This document shows, in pieces, positions 9,401 through 17,183 of a DNA stretch of 64,000 bases. Numbering within the stretch: position 1 is the stretch's first letter; every line of letters begins with the position of its first letter. Position numbers and translations under genes: made by a program. The notes under the pieces were generated by a model. It did no database searches. It saw only the letters and a program-made list of their open reading frames with translations, and had not been told where the DNA came from. Origin of the DNA: a virus. The stretch is taken from IMG/VR virus record IMGVR_UViG_3300030419_007368, positions 1-64,000 of that record. One strand, written 5' to 3'.

Positions 9401-9866
9401 GCGAATCAGATACAATCTTGAAGATGTTGTTAAGCCCAGTTTGATTCATTGCCAACAGAACAAGGTGGCCGCTGGAGTTGATTATACTCTTCGACTTACC
9501 TTTCGAAGCAGCTTCATCCTCGGTTTCGACCTTATCTGTGTCGTTAATGACTTTCCTAGCTTGCTTCTTATCTTCTTTAATGCGATCGTACTCTCGCTTC
9601 CATTCTTCAACGGAAGGCACGAAGTATGCTTCTACACCAAAGATGGGCTTAAAGTCTTTGCCGGCTTCCTTCATCTTTTTAGCGTGCAATACTTGATAAG
9701 ACATGCCATTCATATTTCCATGGTCAGTCAACGCTAGTGCGCTCATGCCGTTCTCATATGCAAAATCCATATGCTCTTGGGGGTATCCGAACCCGTCAAA
9801 GACCGAGCCGGCCACGCTGTGTGCATGCAAGCCTACGAAAGGAATGCTAGGTGTAGTTCTAGTCAT
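6435..9866 (-). CDS. dnaE: DNA polymerase III alpha subunit (family C)
   Basis: PHP domain (LHAHS, LTDHG, ADSHY), GRGSAAGSL, YPDIDYD, RHAGG, KFDLLGL, YGFNKSH; ATG 9866 with GGAG SD. Confidence 0.97.
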   Translation of the reverse strand: MTRTTPSIPFVGLHAHSVAGSVFDGFGYPQEHMDFAYENGMSALALTDHGNMNGMSYQVLHAKKMKEAGKDFKPIFGVEAYFVPSVEEWKREYDRIKEDKKQARKVINDTDKVETEDEAASKGKSKSIINSSGHLVLLAMNQTGLNNIFKIVSDSHQGDNFYRKPRLDYALLKEYGEGVIASSACLGGVYAKDYWNNREEGEEAVLEAMRTTTRRMIDCLGDRWYGELQWNNVPEQHELNKYVIKMHEEFGIELISTADSHYPSAEAWKDRELYKRLGWLGKSKVPEYMKSELPIDIDEMGMELYPKNGDQMWDSYKKYSEECGVSYNDDIVYDSLVKTHWIANERIEDFMPDDTVRLPGFVVPDGESGEQTLVKESIAGLRKLGLEDNQEYVDRLKNELTVINNRGFSKYFLTMKAVSDKAGDHMLAGPGRGSAAGSLVSYVLGITQVDPIKHGLLFSRFLRSDAKDYPDIDYDVSDAFGLKEILAEEWGETTVVPISNFNTLQLRSLIKDIGKFYDVPYPEVNAVTSRMVKEATPKAKAKHGIRAGVYVPTFEEVMEYSESLHMFLVKYPHIKTHVESLVGQVRSTSRHAGGVVIGEDLDKHMPLICSGGVMQTPWSEGMNVRHLEPLGFIKFDLLGLSTLEMIESAVAHVLRRYYDVENPTFKDIKGYYDKFLHPDKIDLNDSKVYKNIFHKGKFVGVFQFTNAGAQRLARRAKPENIIDISAITSIYRPGPLSAGVDKKYVKAKNNLDDVYYFNDVFEEVTSETAGFLIFQEQIALLAHKLGKDISLDEGNKLRKLLTKKGTGKGAQEKNKIREKFIEGCKEKKIAESTASDLWQTFEYFSGYGFNKSHAVSYSILSFQCAWLLNYYPECWIAAFLDKEPESRKEAAISLAQKSGFKIKALDINTSTAQWEIAEDGKTLIQPLSSIKGLGDKAIEQIINNRPFNNVEELLFNEDIVYSKLNKKALDVLCRSEALKSVIDDRFTGSKHFWMACIQDKPKSTKRLLENIDLYSPEGEFSKEEKIDFVSSLTGIFPFDLVMSKQVRDSIDKHMVPPIGKWDRQLGIAWFVPREVLVKKTKNGKPYWIVKVTDETSATTSIKCWGVKETDTIHINRPYAAKLDFSEEWGFSTRSVRHTFKLLG

Positions 9867-9894
9867 CAATACTTCTCCATGTTTACTACAAAAC

Positions 9895-9922
9895 AATATA
9901 AAAATATGTTATCGAAAGTAAA
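9895..9922 (-). promoter_or_regulatory. Possible sigma70-type promoter of dnaE
   Basis: TTTACT-16 nt-TATATT on the minus strand. Confidence 0.35.
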
Positions 9923-9929
9923 CAGGAGT

Positions 9930-11525
9930 TTAATTATTTAAGATTTCAGACTGTATAGACAATATCAACCTTTTAATTTCTTCCAGATTTCTGCGCTGGG
10001 CTGCGTCTTTATATACCTTTCGCTTGTGGTAGTGAGTATTGCCCTTGACTTTGCCGTAGACGCCGGATCCCATTGCGTCATAATACTTTTTTCCGACCCT
10101 ACTCAAGACCCACTTGTAGGTCTTGTTAACTACTTGCCTGTACTTTTGATAGTTATACTCTTTTCCGTGACAATTAATGGTCGCGGCCGGCCCGACAGGT
10201 GGAGGACCTCCCCACTCATCTACCTTATTTGCTAATTTTATAACGTACCTGGATACGTAATCCGAAAAAACCTCCGGGTCGAGCGCTCGACAGACGTCAT
10301 TACCACCAAGAGTAACAATTCTTATTGATGTGGGATTGTAAGCTGCAATAGTCTCTGCCATACTCTTCTGCTCTTGCAGTTTCTTTTTGTCCTTTTTCGA
10401 CTTGCCCTGTAGGTCGGCCTGCTTTGCCATAAACAAAGTTTCATACCACCATCTTGATGAAGCTCCGTTCCTGTACAGAACTCTAACCGCTCTGTCCGAC
10501 GTCTCAAATTTCTTAATTAAAGTTGCCTCCTGGTAGGCGGTCGACGAGTCTCCAATAAAAAGAATTCTTTCTTTATACTTCTCGAAGCTTTTTGGTACAA
10601 ATACGTACGTATAGGAAAAAGTAACGGCTATTGGAACGCCATTTTTCTTGGCCGGTGCAAACTCAGACCTCCGTAAAGCGTCCATAACGACCTGGACAAA
10701 TTCCTTTGTAACGCGCTTTGAATTGGGGCGGTCTGGGTCAAGCTTGGTGCCTATTACTTTCCCTTCAGCATCGAGGGTCACCAGCACAGACACACCTAGC
10801 CGAGCCTTTACGGTCGGCTCAGGGACCGGGCGAGCGAGCTTTAGTAACTTAGGGTTCTCAATACCGGCTGGGGCGGGGGGATCAGCATGCACCACTCCAT
10901 GATTTGGATAAAGCTGCTTAAACGCCTCTGCCCCCGTTTTTACTTTTGTGGCATAGCTTCTGACAGGTCGACCGTAGTATATGTCAGTAGTCTTAAGATA
11001 ATACTTCATATCTCCAGTTTTCACCGCTTTATTCGCTGGTATCACTAGTCTTTTTCCTACGGCTTTCACAAACCTGGTTAAAAGCTCCATGCTAACACGC
11101 GCCGGGTCGCTTTGATAAGCCTCCCAAGCTTGTTGAGGGTCGGGATAAATCTTCAAAAGATGACGACCCATGACTTGAAAAGTACCCCACGCGGTTGATG
11201 CAATTGCAGCTTTCGGAGCAATTTTAAAAGCCTTTTCGAAATTTCTATATTTTGCCCGGTGATCAGAGTAAGTTTTTTTTCCGGATTGGTGAGGGCCGAT
11301 ATGTAATTTTTGCTTTTTAAGCTCCGGTATTTTATCCTCTTCGCCGAACTCTTTTGCGCGAGCAAGTAAATGATTATTGTTGAATGCTCGGGCGCCTGGA
11401 GAAAACGAGGTTTCAACCAAAGCCATACCGGCTATCCAAGCCGGATGCACTCCTGTATTGCTCGCCGCTTCGATAAGCAAATCATAATTGCTTTTTATCT
11501 TTTTTTTAGCTTTTTCTATATTCAT
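9930..11525 (-). CDS. N-acetylmuramidase (DUF3380-like) + TonB C-terminal-like + SGNH hydrolase fusion
   Basis: N-terminal: ALVETS...AAIASTAWGTFQVMG. Middle: VLVTLDAEGKV...VMDALRRSEFAPAKKNGVPIAVTFSYTYVF. C-terminal: ILFIGDSS, NGASS, TLGGND, NTHY. Confidence 0.75.
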   Translation of the reverse strand: MNIEKAKKKIKSNYDLLIEAASNTGVHPAWIAGMALVETSFSPGARAFNNNHLLARAKEFGEEDKIPELKKQKLHIGPHQSGKKTYSDHRAKYRNFEKAFKIAPKAAIASTAWGTFQVMGRHLLKIYPDPQQAWEAYQSDPARVSMELLTRFVKAVGKRLVIPANKAVKTGDMKYYLKTTDIYYGRPVRSYATKVKTGAEAFKQLYPNHGVVHADPPAPAGIENPKLLKLARPVPEPTVKARLGVSVLVTLDAEGKVIGTKLDPDRPNSKRVTKEFVQVVMDALRRSEFAPAKKNGVPIAVTFSYTYVFVPKSFEKYKERILFIGDSSTAYQEATLIKKFETSDRAVRVLYRNGASSRWWYETLFMAKQADLQGKSKKDKKKLQEQKSMAETIAAYNPTSIRIVTLGGNDVCRALDPEVFSDYVSRYVIKLANKVDEWGGPPPVGPAATINCHGKEYNYQKYRQVVNKTYKWVLSRVGKKYYDAMGSGVYGKVKGNTHYHKRKVYKDAAQRRNLEEIKRLILSIQSEILNN

Positions 11526-11531
11526 TAATAA

Positions 11532-11539
11532 TAATTAGT
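11532..11539 (-). promoter_or_regulatory. Putative late-promoter motif (ACTAATTA)
   Basis: Recurrent motif, 7 nt upstream of the 11525 ATG; no SD. Confidence 0.55.
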
Positions 11540-11542
11540 TTT

Positions 11543-12397
11543 TTAATCATCAAATCCGATTTCATTCCACTCTGCGTAGGAAAGCGTCGCCGGCTTCTTA
11601 ATATATTTAGTTTCTCCTAGAAACTCACAGTATTTTTCCCAGCAATCAATTGAGAAATATTCTTCGACTGAGATAGTATGGTGGTTCTCAAAATCAAGGT
11701 TTTCAAATACTTTCTCCAAATCAAAATGTTTATATGAGTAGCGCTCTTCGACGGAAAGTCGTTCTTGGCGCTGGACTGGATCTCTCCACAACCCACTGGA
11801 TGAAGTGTGGGACTCCTTTTTCAACTGTTCGATATCATCCATGTCAAATGTGACCCCTAAATAAAGATTATCCTTCACAGTTCTCCCCTCATAACTAATT
11901 GCAACTTTTGAATCTAAGAGTTGTCGTCGAACATCGCGCACAACAGAAGGAATATAGTAACCATATGGCCATGCGACATAGAATCTGTCAGGCGCCAGCC
12001 AGCGACTTATGCCACTCGACACCTTATGGGCGGTAAGGGCGCCGTGAATCGCAGACCACGCTAAATTATCCCTCTTGTTGATATCCCTAATCGCCAGTGG
12101 AATGTAATATATTTTTATAGGTCTTTTGAAGTCGTTCTTGTTGTGTTCAAAATGTCTATAACTGTAAATTGGGTCCTGTATTTTCTCGCCGACATGATGC
12201 TTTATGAGGCTGGAGACGTCATCACCGCAAACAACCCATATAGTGTTGCAGCCGGCATATGCACACTCCAGCACAGCCCTCTCAACGGCTAGATAGTTTG
12301 GTGCTAGCGGCATCATACTAGCATGCCATGGCATGTTAAAATCAGATCTTATACCAGAGACAGGTACGATGCCGGCAATGTGTCTTTTTAAACTCAT
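11543..12397 (-). CDS. Divergent sugar-phosphate nucleotidyltransferase-like protein
   Basis: AGIVPVSG...PWHASMMPL...AVERAVLECAYAGCNTIWVV resembles the NTP_transferase N-terminus, but the GxGxR loop is degenerate. Confidence 0.6.
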   Translation of the reverse strand: MSLKRHIAGIVPVSGIRSDFNMPWHASMMPLAPNYLAVERAVLECAYAGCNTIWVVCGDDVSSLIKHHVGEKIQDPIYSYRHFEHNKNDFKRPIKIYYIPLAIRDINKRDNLAWSAIHGALTAHKVSSGISRWLAPDRFYVAWPYGYYIPSVVRDVRRQLLDSKVAISYEGRTVKDNLYLGVTFDMDDIEQLKKESHTSSSGLWRDPVQRQERLSVEERYSYKHFDLEKVFENLDFENHHTISVEEYFSIDCWEKYCEFLGETKYIKKPATLSYAEWNEIGFDD

Positions 12398-12420
12398 AAC
12401 CAGCTCAATAGCAGTTCAAC

Positions 12421-12837
12421 TCAATAATCTTTTTGATACTTTAACATCATCTCGTCGATGTATTCCGCCACGTGATCGTTCTGCGGAATGTCCGGCAGCA
12501 TTTTTCCAATTTCTCGAATTACATCGACGCATTGTGCTTCCGGGCCAAACTCGCGCTCGTCGTAGTCGTCATAGTATTCCTCATACAAGTCACCTTCTCC
12601 CATCAAGAAATCTTCCTCGTTGACCGGACCTACGTCCAGGCCGGTGGGTCCGTAATAATCATCGTCTTCTTCCTGGTAAAGGTAGTCGCTGGGGCCGAGC
12701 GCCCATGCGTCTTCCTCGTAAATGAGATCCTCGTCGAGTTCTTCCTCAAGCTCTTCTTCGAATTCTTCAAAAATGGGCGACAAAGCATCATACTCTTCTT
12801 TAATAATTTCTTGTAGTCTTTTTTTGGTAATCTTCAT
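12421..12837 (-). CDS. Acidic protein with MKITKKRLQEIIKEE leader (putative internal head protein)
   Basis: 138 aa, D/E/Y rich; AGGAG SD; late motif upstream. Confidence 0.65.
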   Translation of the reverse strand: MKITKKRLQEIIKEEYDALSPIFEEFEEELEEELDEDLIYEEDAWALGPSDYLYQEEDDDYYGPTGLDVGPVNEEDFLMGEGDLYEEYYDDYDEREFGPEAQCVDVIREIGKMLPDIPQNDHVAEYIDEMMLKYQKDY

Positions 12838-12855
12838 GCTGACTCTCCTGTATAT

Positions 12856-12863
12856 TAATTAGT
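12856..12863 (-). promoter_or_regulatory. Putative late-promoter motif (ACTAATTA)
   Basis: 19 nt upstream of the 12837 start. Confidence 0.55.
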
Positions 12864-14820
12864 CCCAACCACCCCAATCTTCACGATTTTCCGCTGGGGA
12901 CTTGGGAGTCATGGGTGGCATAGGCTTTTCCTTTCTCGTTACAGCTGCCACACGAGACTGCTTCGGTTTCGAAACTGTGCGCTTTCTTGGCGTCACAGCT
13001 TTTGCCACGGCGCGCTTCTTATCTGCAGGGACGTAGCAATCTGGATTAAGCCGGCACATTTTTTTCTTCCAGGCGGCAGAAGTTTCTCCTTTTAGCCTAG
13101 TATATATTGAGTACCTCTTACCAGGAACTTGGACTTTCAAATACCCCTTTCTCCTGGCTGCCCAATAAGCTTTTGAAAAGGACATTCCGGGATCTGGAAT
13201 GTAGACTGCAGCCTTCTCACCTTTTTGCTTCTTCGGTGCTTTGCTAACCTTTGCCGCTTGGCCTTTTGGTTTCTTTGGTGCTTTAGCTACGAGTTGTGCA
13301 CGTGAAGGCTTCTTTGGCTTCTTCGGGGTAGTTTTCTTCTCTCTTTTTTTCCAGAGTTCCCAATCATCACATACGCCGGCCGGCATTTCTCCGGGTCTGT
13401 TTTTGCAAAGAGAGTCCACCGTCGGCCGAAAGAGCTTGAGACAGCCATAGGTGTGTCGGCCGGTACAGTACTGCTTTGAGGCTTGATACTCTTGTTGTGT
13501 TGGTATGTCGTGAGGACTAGCCCGAGTCATCCACCTAAATTTTTCCGGAATCTTGAGGCCTCCTATACGCCTCCCACGAGAATCTCGTTTTGTCTTCTCC
13601 ATCGGCGTCTCTTTTCGATATTTTTTTAACTTCGCGGCTGTGGCCCAACTAAAACGCTCCCAAAGGTCCTTGTAAGCCTGGTTGGAGTGATTTGCCCAGG
13701 ATGGCTGTGGCAAGTATTTCATATCCTGTGGGCGGATCCGTGCATCCAGATAGTTCATACGGTAATGAATCCACAGCCTTGTCTTTTCCGCGCCTTGCTC
13801 CATGTCCGATGTGGCCCGGTAAGCCCAATTTTCCGCATTTTGAACAATTCGAATCACTCTGCGCTCTCCAGAAGAATAATCTGAAATTATCTTACGTATG
13901 TACTTGTATGATCTCATACCCCAAATGCCGTCTTCTTCGATCTTTTCCCACCCCTTGTATCTCTTCTCAATAACCTTATTGGCTGCAGCCTGTAGCTTCT
14001 TTACTTGCTCTCGGGTGCCCGGGGACAGATTGACACCCCGGTATCGACCTGTTCGATCACCATACTTTGGATGGCTTGGGTCTGGTCTGAAGTTTAGTAT
14101 ATATCTCAGAGCCTCGGAGTACTTAGGCCGTCGAGCTTTAGTTTTTTTTGTTTTAGGAGTGGGTACGCCGGCGAGGGCTCCGAGGGCAGAACCAGCACTT
14201 GCAATAGCGCCAAGGCCAGAACGGAATGGATCAATGATAGGCGCCAGGGTTGATTTGATATTTTTACTTCTCGGAGAAAAATGTTTCTTGCCATATGCAG
14301 GTTGGCGACGGACGATCCGTTTGCCGTCGCGGGTCATGTTAAAATAGAAAAAAGAATTTTTTCTTCTCTTGCCACTCTTTAAGATCCCTAGAACGCGCTT
14401 ATCAAGTTTCCGAGTACCATCCACCACCGCGTTGTGTGTCAAAGCCCACTCCACCCACCTTTGGGCTGTTAAGATCTTTGTCCTGTCTTGTTGCTTATCT
14501 AGCCTCGACCATGCTATTTTCCCAGCGCTGCTCTTTCTACGTCCTTTGTATCTAGGGTATCCACCGAGGGCGTAATATTCGTCTAAAATTCTTCGAACAT
14601 AGTTAATCTCTTTGGCTTTTATCTTGTACTTCTTTTCTGGGAAGCGACTCCGATCCCGGGCTGAGGGGCCGACAAGGGGGTGTCCGGGCCTAAAGATATC
14701 CGGGAGCACCCCTCTCGGATCTCTCACCTTCTTCTTGCCCTTCTTGCCCTTGGCTTCAAGAACACCCTCGCTTGGGTCATCTCCTGTTTGTGATTCTAAC
14801 TCGTCCAAAGTTAACTCCAA
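12859..14820 (-). CDS. Very basic protein with PG_binding_1-like segment; in frame with the upstream ORF across one TAG
   Basis: 653 aa, K/R rich; QVKKLQAAAN...EEDGIWGMRS resembles a peptidoglycan-binding domain; TTG start. Confidence 0.6.
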   Translation of the reverse strand: MELTLDELESQTGDDPSEGVLEAKGKKGKKKVRDPRGVLPDIFRPGHPLVGPSARDRSRFPEKKYKIKAKEINYVRRILDEYYALGGYPRYKGRRKSSAGKIAWSRLDKQQDRTKILTAQRWVEWALTHNAVVDGTRKLDKRVLGILKSGKRRKNSFFYFNMTRDGKRIVRRQPAYGKKHFSPRSKNIKSTLAPIIDPFRSGLGAIASAGSALGALAGVPTPKTKKTKARRPKYSEALRYILNFRPDPSHPKYGDRTGRYRGVNLSPGTREQVKKLQAAANKVIEKRYKGWEKIEEDGIWGMRSYKYIRKIISDYSSGERRVIRIVQNAENWAYRATSDMEQGAEKTRLWIHYRMNYLDARIRPQDMKYLPQPSWANHSNQAYKDLWERFSWATAAKLKKYRKETPMEKTKRDSRGRRIGGLKIPEKFRWMTRASPHDIPTQQEYQASKQYCTGRHTYGCLKLFRPTVDSLCKNRPGEMPAGVCDDWELWKKREKKTTPKKPKKPSRAQLVAKAPKKPKGQAAKVSKAPKKQKGEKAAVYIPDPGMSFSKAYWAARRKGYLKVQVPGKRYSIYTRLKGETSAAWKKKMCRLNPDCYVPADKKRAVAKAVTPRKRTVSKPKQSRVAAVTRKEKPMPPMTPKSPAENREDWGGWD

Positions 14821-14835
14821 ATCTACTGCCTCGCA

Positions 14836-15090
14836 CTATCCAACTTCGCATTCATTCTCCAACATAGAGGCATATGCTTCCGTAACAGCGTCTTCGACGC
14901 CGGCACAGATTGGGTCAGGGTCAGGCGACTCCGACAAAGCCTGAAGATAACCGTGTATGGCTGCGGCTTTATTAGCTAAAGCAACCAACTCCTCAACAGG
15001 TCTTTGTGGGCTGTCATCCATAACTGCTGAAGCCATGGCGTCCATTTCCTCTCTAATGATTTGCTTAAGTCGCGATCTAGTAATCTTCAT
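14836..15090 (-). CDS. Acidic protein with MKITRSRLKQIIREE leader
   Basis: ATG 15090 with GGAG SD, ATGA-coupled to the upstream gene; ends in TAG at 14838-14836. Confidence 0.65.
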   Translation of the reverse strand: MKITRSRLKQIIREEMDAMASAVMDDSPQRPVEELVALANKAAAIHGYLQALSESPDPDPICAGVEDAVTEAYASMLENECEVG

Positions 15091-15800
15091 GTCCCTCTCC
15101 AAAAAATAGAATCAACCTCTTTATAAATAGTCTGATAAATTGGATAAACATCTCTTTTCCAAAAAGCCAAACTAATCGCCGGCGAACCAAGTTTGCTGAG
15201 TATGTCAGCAGCCTTGATCCTCGCCATCGTATCAGAAAATCGATGGTCGTTTAGTTGTTCCGGAGACAGTAGTGATTCACAAACAATATCCTTATGATTG
15301 TTATTACCATCCACTCGACAACTATTAAAAAAACGTATCTCCCTAATAAAGCCGTCATCAAGGTGGATATCGCTAGAATGACTGCCAAGAGAGCGAGCGT
15401 CAAACCAATCCAAAACTCGATATCTTATAACTTTCCGAGAAAAGTACTCTTCCAGGCCGAAGACGTTCTCCAGATCAAACAAGTATAATTTATCATACCT
15501 TATTTGATGGAGGTTGTTATTCTTCGTGTGCACCGTTATTAGCTTGGCTTCTGGATCGATCCTCAGAGACTCTACCAAGTTTGTAAACGGGTTTAAACAC
15601 TTCTCGAACAGCTCATAACTACGTCGAGCCCAGTCTTCTTCTAGTGTACCAGCGTCGGAGTTGAGAAGTGGCTCATAAGAATGAAGATCAGGAAAACGAT
15701 TGAAAAGTATAGGAATCTCGTTCTCAAGGGCAAATCGTACTGCATCTAAGCCTCCTCCCAGAACAACTCTAGGCCAGTCTTTTTCAACACCCGCACCCAT
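15087..15800 (-). CDS. Hypothetical protein with degenerate FAD/NAD Rossmann-like N-terminus
   Basis: VVLGGGLDAVRFALENEIPILF resembles a GxGxxG/A beta-alpha-beta unit; start uncertain (15800 or 15839). Confidence 0.5.
   Translation of the reverse strand: MGAGVEKDWPRVVLGGGLDAVRFALENEIPILFNRFPDLHSYEPLLNSDAGTLEEDWARRSYELFEKCLNPFTNLVESLRIDPEAKLITVHTKNNNLHQIRYDKLYLFDLENVFGLEEYFSRKVIRYRVLDWFDARSLGSHSSDIHLDDGFIREIRFFNSCRVDGNNNHKDIVCESLLSPEQLNDHRFSDTMARIKAADILSKLGSPAISLAFWKRDVYPIYQTIYKEVDSIFWRGT
15124..15131 (-). promoter_or_regulatory. Putative late-promoter motif (ACTATTTA) inside the end of the upstream gene
   Basis: 34 nt upstream of the 15090 start. Confidence 0.5.
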
Positions 15801-16497
15801 CGTAACCCGAAATCTTGACCCTTTTTCTATATTTCTCAATGGACTTGTGCCACTTTTTCAACAGACGGTAGTGCTTAACCTTCTCGTAGCACCGACCCCC
15901 TTTTTTTGGAGCCCTGACGGCTGTAACCCAAGCGGCCAACCACTTGCGCTTTTCACTTTTAAAACTGCAATTTTTCTTGACGGATTTTTTTAGCTGTCTC
16001 TTGATTCGCTTCATCCAAAAATCTGCAGATTCTGTAGGATTTTCTCTGTCGATATACTTCTCAGCCCAAGGCCAAAACTGCAATATCCCTACAGCCTTTG
16101 GCTTTCTCTTTTTACTGAATTTTCTATCGCCCCTGGCTTGAGGATTGTAGCCACTCTCCATGCAGGCTGCTGCCAACAACATGCCTCTTAGACTTGGAGG
16201 AGGATTATATTTTTTTTCTATCGCTACAAGCTTCCAAAGCAACGCCTCGTTGACCTTCGTGACATTCCTCACATTAGGGCAATTGAAGACAGCCTCGTCG
16301 ATTAGTTCATCATACGTAACTGGGCTGTTCTTTCCAGTCTTTACGAAGTTCTTATCCGACCCATCACTCAACCTTATTGGTTTTACGAAGGAGCCAATAT
16401 CTGGAGTGCCCTTGTGTGATAGATTTTTGTAGTCTGGCTTCGCATCGCTGCCTGCGCCAGTTGGCAGTATCAAAAACAAAGCAAAAATAAAATTCAT
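15784..16497 (-). CDS. Signal-peptide-bearing lytic transglycosylase (SLT/lysozyme-like)
   Basis: MNFIFALFLILPTGAG signal-like N-terminus; AACMESGYNPQARGD (catalytic Glu), AVGILQF, NPTESA. Confidence 0.8.
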   Translation of the reverse strand: MNFIFALFLILPTGAGSDAKPDYKNLSHKGTPDIGSFVKPIRLSDGSDKNFVKTGKNSPVTYDELIDEAVFNCPNVRNVTKVNEALLWKLVAIEKKYNPPPSLRGMLLAAACMESGYNPQARGDRKFSKKRKPKAVGILQFWPWAEKYIDRENPTESADFWMKRIKRQLKKSVKKNCSFKSEKRKWLAAWVTAVRAPKKGGRCYEKVKHYRLLKKWHKSIEKYRKRVKISGYDGCGC

Positions 16498-16600
16498 GTG
16501 TTTCTCCCGGGTTAATGCCGGTTTTTAGTAAAAGATGTGTTAAGATACTTAATAATATATTTAGTTTTTAAAAAGTACTTTCGCTGATAAATCTTTCTTT

Positions 16601-16876
16601 CTAAAACTCGGCTTCTCCCACAAACCCTGTCACGTGGTTTTCCAAAACTACATGGTATTCCTCTCCCAGGACATTAATGCTTTCAAGTGCGTGCTTGGGC
16701 ACCACCAGTACCATTCCAGTTCTCAACTTAGATTCCACATGTGGTTCTAACAAAGTCACTAAGCAGTAGTTTGAAGTGTCCACTTCGACATCATCTGGCA
16801 ACAAGATAGAAGAACTCTCTTCCTTCTCCTCTTCTTTCGGTTTAACAACCAAATGTCTGTTAACTGGATAAATCAT
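16601..16876 (-). CDS. groS: Co-chaperonin GroES-like
   Basis: MIYPVNRHLVVKP...SSILLPD...GEEYHVVLENHVTG matches the Cpn10 layout; 91 aa. Confidence 0.8.
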   Translation of the reverse strand: MIYPVNRHLVVKPKEEEKEESSSILLPDDVEVDTSNYCLVTLLEPHVESKLRTGMVLVVPKHALESINVLGEEYHVVLENHVTGFVGEAEF

Positions 16877-16879
16877 CTT

Positions 16880-17128
16880 TCACGCTCCCGTAATTTTACG
16901 ATTTAGTTTATCAAAATAATCAGTGAATTGACTAATGTCATCACCCTTTTTCAGCATGCGATAAGCCCTCACCGCTTGCCTCATCTCTTCCTTAGATAGC
17001 CAGCCATTTTGAACATAGTTTTTTCGTAAGTCTCGCTTGTGTTCCTTATATGGTTCCATTTCATCTTCGATGGCCTGCAGGGCCTTGATGTATTCTACAA
17101 CGTACTCTTCAGTGGTAAGGTCACTCAT
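16880..17128 (-). CDS. Small dsDNA-binding protein (GapR/DUF2312 or T4 DsbA-like)
   Basis: 82 aa, helical: YIKALQAIEDEMEPYKEHKRDLRKNY..NGW..KEEMRQAVRAYR; AGGAGG SD. Confidence 0.55.
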   Translation of the reverse strand: MSDLTTEEYVVEYIKALQAIEDEMEPYKEHKRDLRKNYVQNGWLSKEEMRQAVRAYRMLKKGDDISQFTDYFDKLNRKITGA

Positions 17129-17154
17129 TTCATCCTCCTTTTGCGGATATTGTT

Positions 17155-17182
17155 AATGTAATAACATACAAAGATGTGTCAA
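17155..17182 (-). promoter_or_regulatory. Sigma70-type promoter
   Basis: TTGACA-16 nt-TACATT upstream of 17128. Confidence 0.55.
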
Positions 17183-17183
17183 C

